Positions 1-12,829 of a DNA stretch of 64,000 nt are shown one piece after another. Origin of the DNA: Octopus vulgaris (taxonomy: Eukaryota); the NCBI GenBank assembly GCA_951406725.2, contig OX597820.1, forward strand, positions 45,136,001 through 45,200,000, written 5' to 3'. The notes beneath the pieces are model-generated. The model saw nothing but the letters and a program-made list of their open reading frames with translations. It had not been told where the DNA came from and did not search any database. The position numbers and the translations under genes were made by a program. Position 1 is the first letter of the stretch. Each line of letters begins with the position of its first letter.

Positions 1-224
1 ATGACACAACCTATTTAGATATGTGCAAGATAATATAAGGAGAACTACCATGATTGCTCTATCTTTTAGAAACAGCAACTAAGTAGTCAGTCAAGTCTCT
101 TTCAAACCACTCATTTTGAAAAGGGGGAGATGCTAGGTAATACAGTCCTATATATGTAACACCCAAGGAAAAGATAGTCATTACTGGATTGCTATTGATA
201 ATATATCTACTGATGATATATTGA

Positions 225-420
225 GTATAAGGCAGTGAACTGGCAAAATAATTAGCATGTTGGACAAATCGCTAAACAGCATTTCTTTTGGCTCATTACA
301 TTCTGAGTACAAATTCTCCTAAGGTCAACTTTACCTTTCATAAGTAACAGTCAAATACTAGGGGGTCAATGTAATCAGCTTGCTCTCTCCTGTTAAAACT
401 TCTGGCTTTGTGTCAAAATT
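225..420 (+). mobile_element. Degenerate tRNA-derived SINE (same family as 5785-6007)
   Basis: 'ggcagtgaactggcaaaataattagcatg...ttctgagtacaaattc...ggtcaactttacctttcat' parallels the better-preserved copy at 5785-6007. Confidence 0.5.
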
Positions 421-906
421 AGATTATGTTTGCTTCATCCTTGTTAGTGTAACAACATAAATCTTCAGTTATATACCTCTCTTTTGTTTTATGTTCACTG
501 GCAAAAGATCTAAACGCCAAAATGTGTTGTTGGAACTCTTGCAATGATCCTAACCATAATCTGTTAATCATTGGTATCATGCTGTCCTACTTGATTAAGA
601 TTTTAGTCCTAAACATTGTCCTGTCTCACAAATATGTTTCAGCATTGTCATCGTTTTAAACTTTTCCTTGTTTGTATGGGTTGGATGCAGTTTGTTGAGG
701 CTGATTTTCTATGGCTGGATGCCAGGCTTGTCACCAACCCACATCTCTTTCCAAGTCAGTTCATGTTTTCCCATGGCAAGAAAATGTTTTCTCAGAAGAA
801 TCATATACAAAGCACACTGCTTGCATGATGGTGACACTTGCTTACAATCATGTGTTACCACGACAAAGAGACAGTAACACACACACACTCTTTCTCTCTC
901 TCTCTC

Positions 907-957
<51 letters not shown>

Positions 958-1832
958 GATGGTCTTCTTCCAGTTTTTGTCTACTAATTCCACACACAAA
1001 GCTTTGGTTGGCCTGGGACTGTAGTAGAATACACTTGCTCATGGGGGTTTGAACCCAAAACCATGTGGTAAGAAACACAGCTGTTCCTGCTCATCATCAT
1101 TTAACATCTGTGTTCCATGCTAACATGGGTGGGACCTATGTTTAAATATACTAAATTTGTTCATTTGTTTGTGTGCTTATCTCAGCCAGCTCAAATGAAA
1201 ATAGTTATTGCAGTAAGACTACACAAGTATCCACCTGTAATAACTCTTCTTCCATTATTTCATTTGCAAACTTTTCTAGATTTTCAAAAATAATTCTTGT
1301 TAGCTTAGGAAACAAAATCTAAAATTGTCAAGAAACATACCCCTGCAAAAATTAACCCTATGTTGGTAGAAAAGAAGTCATCTTTGAATCACACATTCAC
1401 ATACATGGGGTGCTGGAAAATCCCTGGCTTTAAGGGTATTTTGAGAGGCCTGATTGGATGTCCAACCTTCTGAGTCCTTTTACAGGGCTTAGAAAAGCTG
1501 AAGAATTGCTGCAATAAGTGTGTGAACCTGAGAGGGGAATATGCTGAATAAAATCATAATTAGCTGATCTTCCTGTATTTTCTTTTTCCCAAAGCCAAGA
1601 ACTTTTCAGCACCCCCTCGTACACATTCAGACATATGTACACAACTCCATGTCAGCTTTAATTAAAAAAAGAAATTTAAGAAATTAAATGTGGCTGTGTG
1701 GTTAAGAATCTGGCTTCCCAACCATATGGTTTTTTAGTTCAATCCCATCACACGGTACCTCTGGCATGGGTCTTCTTCTATTGCCTCAACCTTGTAAATG
1801 AATTTGGTAGACAGAAACTGAAAGAAGCTCGT

Positions 1833-1876
<44 letters not shown>

Positions 1877-1929
1877 AGATTCTTTTGTTGTTAACAACCC
1901 ATGAGGGTTCAGTAAAATAAGTAGTCATC

Positions 1930-2300
1930 ATGCTCTATGGATATGCATGTGTCTCTTGAGGCCTGCTGGTGGCTTGCCTAGCCTTTTGGCTAATGGAACA
2001 AGGTGAGAACACAATTTGCTTGAGTGCTTGTGGATCATTTGCTGTGTGTTTTCTTGAGTGGATGGCAAGGCCTGCTTTGCTCTGTGCCACAAAACCACAA
2101 TGACAGGCAAGGTTTTCATTAAGAGGAGCAGCATTTTTCCAGCGTTCCTTCATGCTTGCACAAAGTAGGTCCCAATGCTGGAGTTGACTTTGCTCAAATC
2201 TTTGAATGGAGGAGAAGCAGGACTGGTGCGAGGCCTTGCATTCTGATAGTTTGTTTTCCCAAGAAGAAAGGGAAATGTTGTTTCACTTCGGATTGTGTTG
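1930..2300 (-). mobile_element. Degraded RTE-clade LINE 3' end
   Basis: Minus-strand translation has a C-terminal Cys/His motif 'CHCGFVAQSKAGLAIHSRKH' typical of RTE ORF ends; frameshifted. Confidence 0.5.
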
Positions 2301-2593
2301 TTATTTTTCTTTGAAGTGCAAGAGTGGTCTCATGTTCATGTGTACCCTTCTCTAGAATTCATGTGATTGTTGTAAATGAGCATCATTGCCATACAAGTGG
2401 GGTTATTCATTTCCAGTCTTCCTATCTTGTATAAGTACTGGGAAACAGGTGATGGTTGGCAGCAGGAAGTTGTCCAGCTGTAGAAAATATGTCTCAACAT
2501 ATTCTTACTGATCCATGCATTTGTGGCAAAGCAATAACATTGATGATTTTAAAAGGCTTGCTTTTTTTATACTGAAATTCTTGTTATTTTCAG

Positions 2594-2756
2594 GTGGTCA
2601 AATTTAGAAAGATTAGAAGATGGTGATGTTTCTTGTATGAAGAGTTTATTGAATACTTCAGACTCCAAAGAATCTTGTCTGAGCAACAGCCAGTCATCAG
2701 ATAACACTGTGACATCAGACACTGAAGAAATTGTTATAGAGGAATTTGACGACTGA
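2594..2756 (+). CDS. Putative terminal coding exon of an unidentified host gene (Ser/acid-rich tail WSNLERLEDGDVSCMKSLL...EEIVIEEFDD*)
   Basis: Polypyrimidine tract plus acceptor 'ttcttgttattttcag|G' ending at 2593; 1 nt plus 54 codons ending TGA at 2754-2756; AATAAA near 2877; non-repetitive sequence. Confidence 0.6.
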
Positions 2757-2899
2757 GTGGTGTCCCCCAACTTCCTTTCTTTTTTTTTTTCTGATCATCT
2801 TTCATCTCTCTATAATTTAAGAAATACACACATAACTGGGACTGCAAATTATTGCTTTAATAATAATAATAATAATAATAAATGAAATGCATCAAAGTA

Positions 2900-3257
2900 G
2901 GTGTGTGTAGATACATACGTACATATATTATACATACACATACACACACATATATATATAGATATATATATGCATATATATATTTATATATACATATATA
3001 AATATATATGCATATATATATATATAAATATATATGCATATATATATATAAATATATATGCATATATATATATAAATATATATGCATATATATATAAATA
3101 TATATGCATATATATATAAATATATATGCATATATATATATAAATATATATGCATATATATATATATATAAATATATATGCATATATATATATATAAATA
3201 TATATGCATATATATATATATAAATATATATGCATATATATATATAAATATATATGC

Positions 3258-3292
<35 letters not shown>

Positions 3293-3800
3293 AATATATA
3301 TGCATATATATATATAAATATATGTGCATATATATATATATAATATATATGTGCATATATATAAATATATGTGCATATATATAAATATATGTGCATATAT
3401 ATAAATATATGTGCATATATATAAATATATGTGCATATATATAAATATATGTGCATATATATAAATATATGTGCATATATATAAATATATGTGCATATAT
3501 ATAAATATATATGCATATATATAAATATATGTGCATATATATAAATATATGTGCATATATATAAATATATATGCATATATATAAATATATATAAATATAT
3601 AGATATATGCATATATAGAGTATATGCATATATAGAGTATATGCATATATAGAGATATATGTATATATATGCATAGATATGGATATATATGTATAGACAT
3701 AAAGATATGCATAGATATGGATATATAGGTATAGACATAAATATATGCATAGATATGGATATATATATACACACACACACACATATAGTTATAGATATAC
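2900..3800. repeat. (TA)-rich micro/minisatellite, including a 20-bp unit gtgcatatatataaatatat repeated ~10x at ~3351-3560
   Basis: Seen directly; source of the spurious YI/HI-repeat ORFs. Confidence 0.95.
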
Positions 3801-3802
3801 AT

Positions 3803-4165
3803 AATGCTGCTACACCAGTTTCTAGATATTACACCTTTCTGGTATTTCTTAAAACATGAACAGAATGACAGCTATTAGAAGCTCCATGACAAGGCAGAGG
3901 CTGGCTCTCACACTGTTGGTTCTTGGTTCATCAGCTTCAAAATGTTTCCTTGTATTCTTACTGTTCACATGAATTTATGCAAATTTGATGTTGTCAGAAA
4001 ATAAACAAGTCCAATATTCTTGATTTACATGTCTCCTCCAGATAATGGAGATGATACTTTAAATGCGTTGATATCAATGCAAGGTGAAGAGTGTGTTCTT
4101 TTCATATTTGGTACCTCAATGCGAAGAGCGGTGTTTCCTCTTAACTTCACTGGTCAAAAATATAT
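3803..4165. repeat. Divergent, internally deleted outlying copy of array module M
   Basis: Shares 'atgctgctacaccag', 'ggtatttcttaaaacatg', 'gtattcttactg', 'ctccagataatggag' and 'ttttcatatttggta' with the modules at 24.3-59.5 kb. Confidence 0.8.
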
Positions 4166-4296
4166 ATATAAACGAGTATACCAGCATTGTCAAAAATGCC
4201 AACAATTTTATTAATGATACAAAATGGCACATCAATTGATGCATTGGATGAATCTGATAGTATTGTAATGTCTAAGTTCAAAATATTGTCCACATG

Positions 4297-4418
4297 ATGT
4301 GTGTGTGTGTCTCTGTCTATCTGTTTATAGCTATATTATATACACACATGTTCATATATATATGTGTATACATATATGTATATGTATGTACATATACATG
4401 TGTGTATATATATATATG

Positions 4419-4449
<31 letters not shown>

Positions 4450-4542
4450 GTGTATACATATATATATATATATGTATATATATATACATGTATATATATA
4501 TACATGTATATATATGTATATATATATACACATGTATGTATC

Positions 4543-4581
<39 letters not shown>

Positions 4582-4584
4582 GTG

Positions 4585-4615
<31 letters not shown>

Positions 4616-4731
4616 GTGTATATGTATATATATAGTGTATATATATATATGTGTGTGTGTATATATATATATATATGTGTGTGTGTGTATATATATATAT
4701 ATATGTGTGTGTGTGTATATATATATATATA

Positions 4732-4765
<34 letters not shown>
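4297..4765. repeat. Compound (TA)n/(TG)n microsatellite
   Basis: Seen directly. Confidence 0.95.
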
Positions 4766-4964
4766 AATTCAAAAAAGTTATCATTATCTATAAAAATAAC
4801 ATGACCTCAAACATTATTCAAATAAGCAAAATATATAATAATAAAAAAGTCTGGGCGCGCACACACACACACACATATACAGAGGTCTTCTTTCATTTTC
4901 CGTTTTACAAATCTACTTGTGAGGCTTTGGTCACACTATGAGATGGTAGAAGACTCTGTGTGTG

Positions 4965-5006
<42 letters not shown>

Positions 5007-5330
5007 TATACATAGATTTAGGCCAATATAAAGTTTATATACATATATATACGTTTACACACACCCATACTTATGTATATAAATACATAGAGATAGATAC
5101 CCACACTTGTGTATTTGTATATAGACATCTCTCTCTCCCTCTCACATACATGTACCTATTTGTATATGCATCTTTGCATGTGCATACATATTCATGTGTA
5201 TGTTTGTTTATGTATTTTAGATTGAAGAAATCAGTAAAATATATTATCTTTAACTTGGAAAAGTTAAATAAGGGCTTTTATCCGAAATGGCAATAATGGG
5301 AAAATGGACTAAAACAAAAGGAGGAGAAAT

Positions 5331-5371
<41 letters not shown>

Positions 5372-5465
5372 CATTGTTCATGTAACATTTATATATAGGC
5401 TGTTATGTAAATGATAATATTTTGTGAACAATAGTATTTAATATTTAATTTCACATATATATATT

Positions 5466-5496
<31 letters not shown>

Positions 5497-5784
5497 ATGG
5501 AACTGATAAACTCAATATAGTATATGATAAAATTTGCAGTTTATTTTGATTAAACTACCAGTGTCTTAAGAGCTAAACTTGAATGCTGTCTGTCTGCTTT
5601 ACCACCTCTGACTCTTACTCACTCCCACTCCATTTGTTGTTTTACTTCGCTTTTCCTAGCATGATCGACAGGCCACATTGCATTTTTTACATGTAAGATT
5701 TCAAAAGTATGTATCCTTTATGTGTGACTTCTTTGAATCATTTGATTGCAGCCATGCAGTCTATATATATATATATATAAAAGA

Positions 5785-6007
5785 CAGTGAGCTGGCAGAA
5801 ACGTTAGCACGCCGGGCGAAATGCGTAGCCGTATTTCGTCTGCCGTTACATTCTGGGTTCAAATTCCGTCAACTTTGCTTTTCATCCTTTCGGGGTCGAT
5901 AAATTAAGTACCAGTTACGCACTGGGGGTCGATGTAATCGACTTAATCCGTTTGTCTGTCCTTGTTTGTCCCCTCTGTGTTTAGCCCCTTGTGGGTAGTA
6001 AAGAAAT
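5785..6007 (+). mobile_element. tRNA-derived SINE (octopus-type)
   Basis: Box A-like 'gagctggcagaaacgttagc', box B-like 'gggttcaaattcc', body 'cctttcggggtcgataaattaagtaccag', inserted in (TA)n. Confidence 0.75.
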
Positions 6008-6148
6008 ATATGTATATATATTGCTAGAATGTAAATGTATGTGGGTGTGGGCATGCATGTGCATAGATATGTGCATGTACATATATACAAATATATATGC
6101 AATATATATATATATGTATATACATATGTATGCACATATATAGATATA

Positions 6149-6460
6149 ATGCTGCTACACCAGTCACTGTACTCTGAATAATAGCAATTTGTGACACAGT
6201 GTAAAAGGCAGACGTAGAACTTTTGTCAGCACTTTTATGAATCCAACAGATTTTGGTATTTCTTAAAACATGTACGGGACATGAGTGAGGCTGGTTCTGA
6301 TGCTGTTGCTTCTTGATGCATCCACTTTAAAGCCTTTTGTTGTTGTATTCTTACTGTTTATATACAAATGAATTTTTTCAAATTTCTTATTGTCATCAGA
6401 AAACAGCCAAGTCAAATATTTGACTTACACATCTGCAGATCGTAGAGACATTACTTTTGC
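6149..6460. repeat. Divergent outlying copy of array module M
   Basis: 'atgctgctacaccagtcact...gaataatagcaatttgtgacacagtgt...cttttgtcagcac...gatgcatc...gtattcttac' matches the array modules. Confidence 0.85.
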
Positions 6461-7350
6461 TGATTCGTATTTGTTGCCATTTCTTGCATCCATATGTAAA
6501 AATCGGAAGACATAGAGTTTTGTACATCTTTATCTTCATTGTTGGTTTGATATCTGATAATCAGAAGTGTTGAAGCTGTGACATTGCTCCACATTCTACT
6601 CTTCGTCTATCTATGATGTCACTGAGTTGTGAGAGAGAGAGATCAGTTACAGTTGATCCAAGGTAAGTGAATTTATCAACCTTGGATATCTATACCTGTT
6701 GTTTTGCCTGTGTTTATATTAATGGTGATGTACTTTTTCTTTTATTTGTTCATTTCTTGTGCCATAGTCTTTGCTTCTCACATGACACGATCCAAGTAGT
6801 CCTTTTCTTGCGTGAGGCTAGGAGCAAAGAAAATAATATCATCTGCAAATGTGAGATACACTAACTTACGTGACTGATATGTGAATTCCGTCCTCCATAT
6901 GGGCTGCAGCTTTCATTGCATGATCCATAACCACTAAAAACAGATAAGGGGCTCTGATATCACCTTGTAGAATTCGATTCTGAGGTGTAAATACTGGGGA
7001 CTGTTTTCCATTAACAAGGACTTATGCTGTTTGATGTTCATAAAGACATCTAATGCCCAATGTTATCTTTGATCATATTTTAACACCAGCCATCACAAAA
7101 GCTGCTGAGAAAACAATGGGTAAACACAATCCTAATAGTGAAAACTCACCATGTGTTTCAGCAACCACATTGAGTCCTTATTTGGTTGGGGTACATGAAA
7201 TTGGCGATAGAGAGCTTCTCTGCACTTCGAAGCTTCTTGAAACTCAGTAGGGTCAGGTTCATTGAAGGACATAGTCCAGCAAGTTTCTTCTTGGATACAT
7301 CCGACTTGGAGAATCCAATAACCACCTGGCATAGATTCTGGTTGACAGCC
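6460..7350 (-). mobile_element. Highly degraded RTE-like LINE reverse transcriptase region
   Basis: Minus-strand remnants 'VLVNGKQSPVF...LQGDIRAPYLFLVVMD', 'FADDII' and 'VDKFTYLGSTV' with stops and frameshifts. Confidence 0.6.
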
Positions 7351-7354
7351 AGTA

Positions 7355-8250
7355 ATATCCTTTTTTAGCAAAGCCACCACCCCTCGACAGACAAAAGCAG
7401 GAATTCTCCCGTTTTGCTGCCAGTTGCAGTAGACGTTTGCCAACAGGCCCGCAAACAAGTCTAGCATTGAAGTGTAAAGCTTGTAGGGCAGACCATCCAA
7501 ACCCGGCGATCTACCTCTTGTGCAATTCTTCATCGCTTCCTCCACTTCCCAGGCAGATATAGGTCCTTCGCAGCACTCTGCCTCGCTGTCCGAGAGTTGT
7601 GGTAAGCCGTCCAGGTACACACCGAAGTCTGTACCGTTGGTGTCCGTTCCACCGCTCGTCCCAAACAGTTGAGCAAAGTGCCGCTGAAACACCGCATACA
7701 TCTGCTTCGGTTCGGTAACCTCTCACATTCAAGCAACCGATTCTAAGTTTTGCCATGTTTCAAAGGTGACAAAAAAAATAAAAGGAGAAAAAGGCTCTAC
7801 TTACTGATGTTGGTGGTAGGCGTGGCTCCCTTGTGCAGGAAGAGGAGGAAAATTTTCGATGACGTCTTTGTTTAGTCTTATTTGGAACATTGCACACGCT
7901 GGCACGTTCCTTCGAAACACCTTCTTTGCCTTTTAAGGCACGAAATGGGCGGTTTGGAGCCGTCAACGAAACTTTTTTGTGTAGTGGGGGTGAAACTTGA
8001 AGAAGAGAACAGCCAGTTCTCTTCGAAGCCATATTTAAAAATTTTAAATGAAAATTTATGGAAAATCAAATTTTAAAACATAATTTTACCCCCAATGGGG
8101 TAAAATTTTGCCTAGCCAACTAGCTCCGCAAGAAGTTAGTCGGCTTGGCCACACAAATATCAAAAAATATATACAATTTCAATCAATTTTTCAACAGAAA
8201 TGGTGCAAAACTTACTCAGCTTCTGGAGACACGTCCGTCCACTTTGAAAG
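7355..8250 (-). mobile_element. Internally deleted Tx1/L1-clade LINE (5' region, ORF2 start and pre-RT segment)
   Basis: ORF2-type start 'MAKLRIGCLNVRG' (APE N-terminus) jumps to 'EGPISAWEVEEAMKNCTRGRSPGLDGLPYKLY...RGVVALLKK'. Confidence 0.75.
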
Positions 8251-8434
8251 CAATAATAATAATAATAATAATAAAGCGGCCAGCAAGCATAACCAAAATA
8301 GGTAAAATATATATATAAATTGATGTTTTCATGTTCGGGATCTCTACTTGAAGTGGCATTTTCTCCCCATTGAACTAGTGTCAAAACTATATATCTTTAG
8401 GATATATATATACTACAAAGTAAAGTACATATAT

Positions 8435-8491
8435 CTTAGTATCAGTTGATTTCACCTTTTGTGCTAAAAGCACTGAGGACCATCAGCTAAG
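8435..8491 (-). ncRNA. Minimal type I hammerhead ribozyme motif at the 3' end of a PLE (A9 read as G)
   Basis: Minus strand: cttag-CTGATGG-t cct ca gtgc tttta gcac aaa agg t-GAAA-tc aact ga-TA-ctaag; stems I, II and III all pair. Confidence 0.65.
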
Positions 8492-9880
8492 CTAACTGTA
8501 TAAATTCTTTGCACCTTTCCTGTCAAGCAAAACCTACATTTATTGGATCCATTCATGTATGGCTTCAACTTTTCTGTTTTCGATCTAATAATATATGGAA
8601 TATTGTTTGTTTTCAGTGCTCAAATGTGCCTTGCCAACTTTGTAGCTTTACTTTTCTCACTATGGCAGAAGAATGCCATATAATTGGTATACCGTTTTTT
8701 AAAATTCCTTTTGCATAGTCCAATGTAGGTTTCCTTTTCAGTTAAATCGCTGTTACTAATGTTTGCCAAGACCTCTGCCCAGTATACAAAAGACTTAGTT
8801 GAACACTGTTGGTCTAGTGGACAGGATTCTGTATTATGGCAATTACAGCCTGTGTTTGCCTCTTGCTGGCTCCTGTGGCTGATAATATTTTTCATGTTAG
8901 GGCAGCAGCTGTATGATAATTTAACAGAATGATAATTTAACAGAATTTCTGTAAAATATCTTCCTGTATCTATGTCCTACAAGAAAGGGCTTATCTAAGA
9001 GTGTCAGGAATTTTTTAGTGATATTTGATTTTACGCTTAAAGAAAAAGGATGGGTGAACCAAATAATTTTTCTGGATCTGTTTTTAGAATATTTTTTATG
9101 GTGTTACACTTTATCATGGACTTCACCATGCCCATTACTATTATTATAGGTAGAAGACATATACACTAATTTTTCATTGAAACCACTATTGGCTAACACT
9201 CTTATAATATGAAGTAGCCCTCTCAAAAATTTCCTTAGATGATGGGAGATTAGACGTTCACTTGCTAATATTTGCCACTACATTTTTAATTATGCTGGGA
9301 GGGTGGCAGGATTGCCCATCTATATATGTTAATTTCTTATTAATTTCATGGTACAGCCTATATGAAGAGGTATTTAGATGTAATGAAACATCTAAATACT
9401 CAACTGCTGAAAACTTCGTAACAATGTTATTTTCAACTGTAACTGGCTGAATGTAGAGATAAGCTGTTTTCTAAACTTATCAAGCATATGTCCATTACAT
9501 CCATGAAAAACAATCAAGCCATTGTCATGGTACAAACCAGCATCATGAGATGGGTATCTATTCTTCAATATGTGTAATATATATAGACTGACCAGATCAC
9601 AAACATCTGTGCTGTCGTATGACCCCATTGAGACGTCAAACAATTTGTCACCATCTGTTTTTTTTTTTACCCAAGTTTCTCCTTTACTAAACAATAAAAT
9701 TTTTCTGGCATGTCTAATAACATCCAATTCAATGGTCTCCATATCAATGAATGATTTAACAAATTGGATGTCCTTATCTAGCAACAAACTAGAAATCAAG
9801 GGGTAAAAATCAACAATATCGAATTGGGTAAATTTAGCTATATCCTTATTACTAATCCTACTGAACCAGTTGACCACTGT
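8435..9880 (-). mobile_element. Penelope-like element, probably Naiad clade (RT plus C-terminal GIY-YIG), degraded and 5'-truncated
   Basis: RT 'FDIVDFYP', 'FDVSMGSYD..VCDLV', 'GLYHDNGL' (YRDDGL-like); endonuclease 'CNC...CPL..QC...VY...YIG'; downstream hammerhead. Confidence 0.8.
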
Positions 9881-9884
9881 GAAA

Positions 9885-10179
9885 CTATTATACCACTTAT
9901 ATGTGTAGCCCAGCTTATGTTGTTGTTCACAGTTACTCCCAAGTCTCTGATGTTAGATGCCATGAGAATTTCACCAGGAGGAAGGGAATATGGGAGTTTC
10001 AGAGCATCCTCCCTTCCAAAGTGGATCAGCTCGAATTTATTTTCGTTTAGCAACATGTTGTTCTTTTCCACCCATTGGATAACAGCCAGTAGGTCTGACT
10101 GGAGGCTTATCTGGATTTTGGAATCATCAGCGAAGATTCTGATGTTACTGTGTTTGATGGTATCAGTAATGTCATTAAT
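9885..10179 (-). mobile_element. CR1/L2-group LINE RT fragment (downstream part of the element at 11383-12595)
   Basis: 'INDITDTIKHSNIRIFADDSK...QWVEKNNMLLNENKF...RDLGVTV'; continues 'LLIIYIN' from 11383. Confidence 0.8.
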
Positions 10180-11382
10180 GTTCCTTGAGGACATTACTCA
10201 GATCACTGACAGTGGCTCATGGGTGGATGTTGTCTACCTTGACTTTGCTAAGGCTTTCAACTCTGTGCCACACAAAAGGCTTATGGTGAAACTCTCTGCA
10301 ATGGGTGTGGGGGATGACCTTTTTAACTTGTTGAAATCCTTCATCCTCAGCCGAAAGGAGGTAGTCACAGTTCTAGGACAGCACTCTACACCATATGAGA
10401 TGTCATCGGGTGTACCACAGGGATCTGTCCTTGGTCCCCTCGTTTGTGGCATACATTAATGACATAGATGCCAATTTAAAGAATGCCACAGTATTGAAAT
10501 ATGCAGACGACATCAAGCTGTACCTTGAAATCAAGAGGACTGATCCTGATGTCTACAACTCTTTCCTGCAATCAGACCTAGACACAATGCAGCAATGGAT
10601 CACAGACTGGCAACTGAAACTGGCTGTGGACAAGTGTACCACCATGCATTTTGGGAGAAAAAACCCTGTGTCCACATACTCCCTCCACAACACTGATATC
10701 AAGAAATCCTCTTGCGAGCGTGACCTAGGCATCACTGTCAGCAGTGATTTGCGTTGGACAAAGCATATCTCTAAAATTGTCAAGAAGGCCGAGGGTGTCT
10801 TGGCATCACTCAGCAAGACTTTTGTTAGCCGCTCTCCAGCCATCTATTTAAAACTGTATACAGCTATGGTACGACCACACTTGGAATTCGCATCATCAGT
10901 TTGGAACCCCTATCTTGCTCAGAACATTGACCTCCTGGAATCTGTCCAGAGACGTGCAACCAAACGCATACCCTCCATCAGACACCTACCATATTCTGAG
11001 CGCCTTGTTTCCCTGGGCATGGATTCGCTGAAGCTCCGGCGTCTGGCGACGGACTTGGTAAACACCCACAAGGTTATCAACCACCTCACCAACAACAACA
11101 CTGAACACCTTTTTGATCTCCATGTGTCTAACACACGTGGACATGCCTACAAAGTCAGAAAACAACACAGCTCCCATGGCTTTCGGAAACATTTTTTCAC
11201 GCTCAGAGTTGCTGAAGCATGGAATAAACTGCCTGCGTCAGTTGTTGACTGCCATGACACTGCATCCTTTAAGGCCCTCATGCTTTCCGAAATCCGCCGA
11301 AACTACACCTGATTATATATACACTTTAGATGAGTTGTAGTGCACCTGAGCACTGTACACAATTATTATTATTATTATTAAT
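10180..11382 (+). mobile_element. 5'-truncated CR1-like LINE (RT C-terminal part, 3'UTR, (ATT)n tail) inserted into an opposite-strand LINE
   Basis: 'YLDFAKAFNSVPH', 'SGVPQGSVLGP', 'KYADDIK', 'VRPHLEFAS..WNP', 'WNKLP'; one frameshift near 10440; 'attaat' at both junctions. Confidence 0.9.
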
Positions 11383-12595
11383 ATAGATGATGAGGAGAAG
11401 TGGGCCACCTCTACTGTCTTTGGCTGGGCTGGATTTGACTCCTTCGACTACACGTTGAGTTCTGTTTGACAGGAAGCACTTGATCCAATGCAGCAGCTTT
11501 CCAGTGACACCAATATTGGACAGCTTTCTCAAAAAGATCTTATTTTCAACCCTGTCAAAGGCCTTGCTGAAATCAAAGTAGATAACATCAGTGTTGGAAC
11601 CCTCTCCCAAGGCTCTCAAAATGTCATCAAAATGATGTAGTAGCTGCGTCAGGCAATCCCTTCCATTATGGAATCCATGCTGGTTTGAGTTCAGCATATT
11701 ATTACTCTCAAGGAAGTGAGTCATTCGTGATCCCACTACTCTCTCAAATACCTTAATGATATGAGAGGTGAGTGAAATTGGATGGTAATTCACGGCAAGG
11801 GATTTGTTTCCTTTTTTTGAAAACTGGGACAACAGACTGGGATAGGTTTTCTGGTATATATCCAGCATCCAGTGAGTTCCGCCACAGATTGGCTAGAGGG
11901 GATGCAAGTTGGTGTTGAAACACCTACAAGACACAAGCAGGGAACCTATCAGGACCTACTGCTGAATTATGCTTGATTTCCTTTATTGCTGCTAAGACAT
12001 CAGGGACACCAAAGGTTATGTCTGATAAGGTGTATTGGGAAGTAACATCACTGATACAGCCCAGATCAACCATATCAGGATTGCAGAAAACAGAGCAGTA
12101 TTGTTTCTGCAGCATCTCTCCCATGGTTTTAGCATTGTCTTGAAGAGTACAATTTTCATTAATCAGAGGGCCAACAGTAGAGCCAGTGACTTTGTGTTTT
12201 TTTGCAAATGAAAAGAACACTTTGGGATTAAGTTAGATTTTCTCAATGGCCCAGGCCTCTTCGGCTCTTCTCTGACTATTGATGATAGACATCATGTTGT
12301 TTTGGAGGTTATGTTTTTTAATCTCTAGTGATGTGATGGCAGTCATGTTGGTGTGTTGCTGTTGACAGTATTTCAGTTTGTTGATTTTTTTGTTAGTTCT
12401 TTCAATTTTCCTGATGAGTGTTTTTCTATTTCTAGGGATTCTGCACTTAGATTTGTTTACAGATCAACTATATCAGAATTGCAGAAAACAGAGCAATATT
12501 GTTTCTGCAGCATTTCTCCCATGGTTTTGGCATTGTCTTGAAGAATGCCATTTTCATCAATCAGAGGGCCAACAGTAGAGCCAGTGACTTTGTGA
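11383..12595 (-). mobile_element. CR1/L2-group LINE ORF2 fragment with a local ~135-bp duplication (12063-12196 / 12461-12594)
   Basis: 'AVGPDRFPA', 'NYHPISLTSHIIKVFERVV', 'NQHGF', 'YFDFSKAFDRV'. Confidence 0.85.
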
Positions 12596-12666
12596 CTATG
12601 TATGTATGTATGTATGTGTGTGTGTGTGTATATATATATACATATATATATAAATATGTGTGTGTG

Positions 12667-12822
12667 TTAGTTAGTTAATTTTTGGCTCAAAAAGCAAGAC
12701 CATGTAGGGGGACATGGAGTTATGTACAGGGTGGTGTTCATGTAAAGAGTTCAGGCCACTTGTGGTCAAGGGAGACTTTGAACCGAGCGGTCGGCATCTT
12801 CACCATCTTGTCCGGCAGCTTT
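12667..12822 (-). mobile_element. CR1-like LINE extreme 3' end with (TAAC)n tail
   Basis: 'KLPDKMVKMPTARFKVSLDHKW..*' followed by a short UTR and taactaactaac. Confidence 0.6.
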
Positions 12823-12829
12823 CGAAGAA

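Noticed and set aside
1280-1366. Possible upstream exon of the gene ending at 2756
   Set aside because: AG/GT candidates exist but there is no convincing frame or donor consensus
3351-3560. Regular 20-bp repeat as a possible CRISPR array
   Set aside because: No spacers, no cas genes, eukaryotic minisatellite derived from (TA)n
2857-5300. Long ORFs of YI/HI/CV repeats (up to 307 aa)
   Set aside because: Translations of (TA)n/(TG)n microsatellites, open in several frames on both strands
8620-8895. Selenocysteine-type in-frame TGA known from some Naiad elements
   Set aside because: The Cys motif is encoded by ordinary Cys codons here, and the copy is too decayed to interpret other stops
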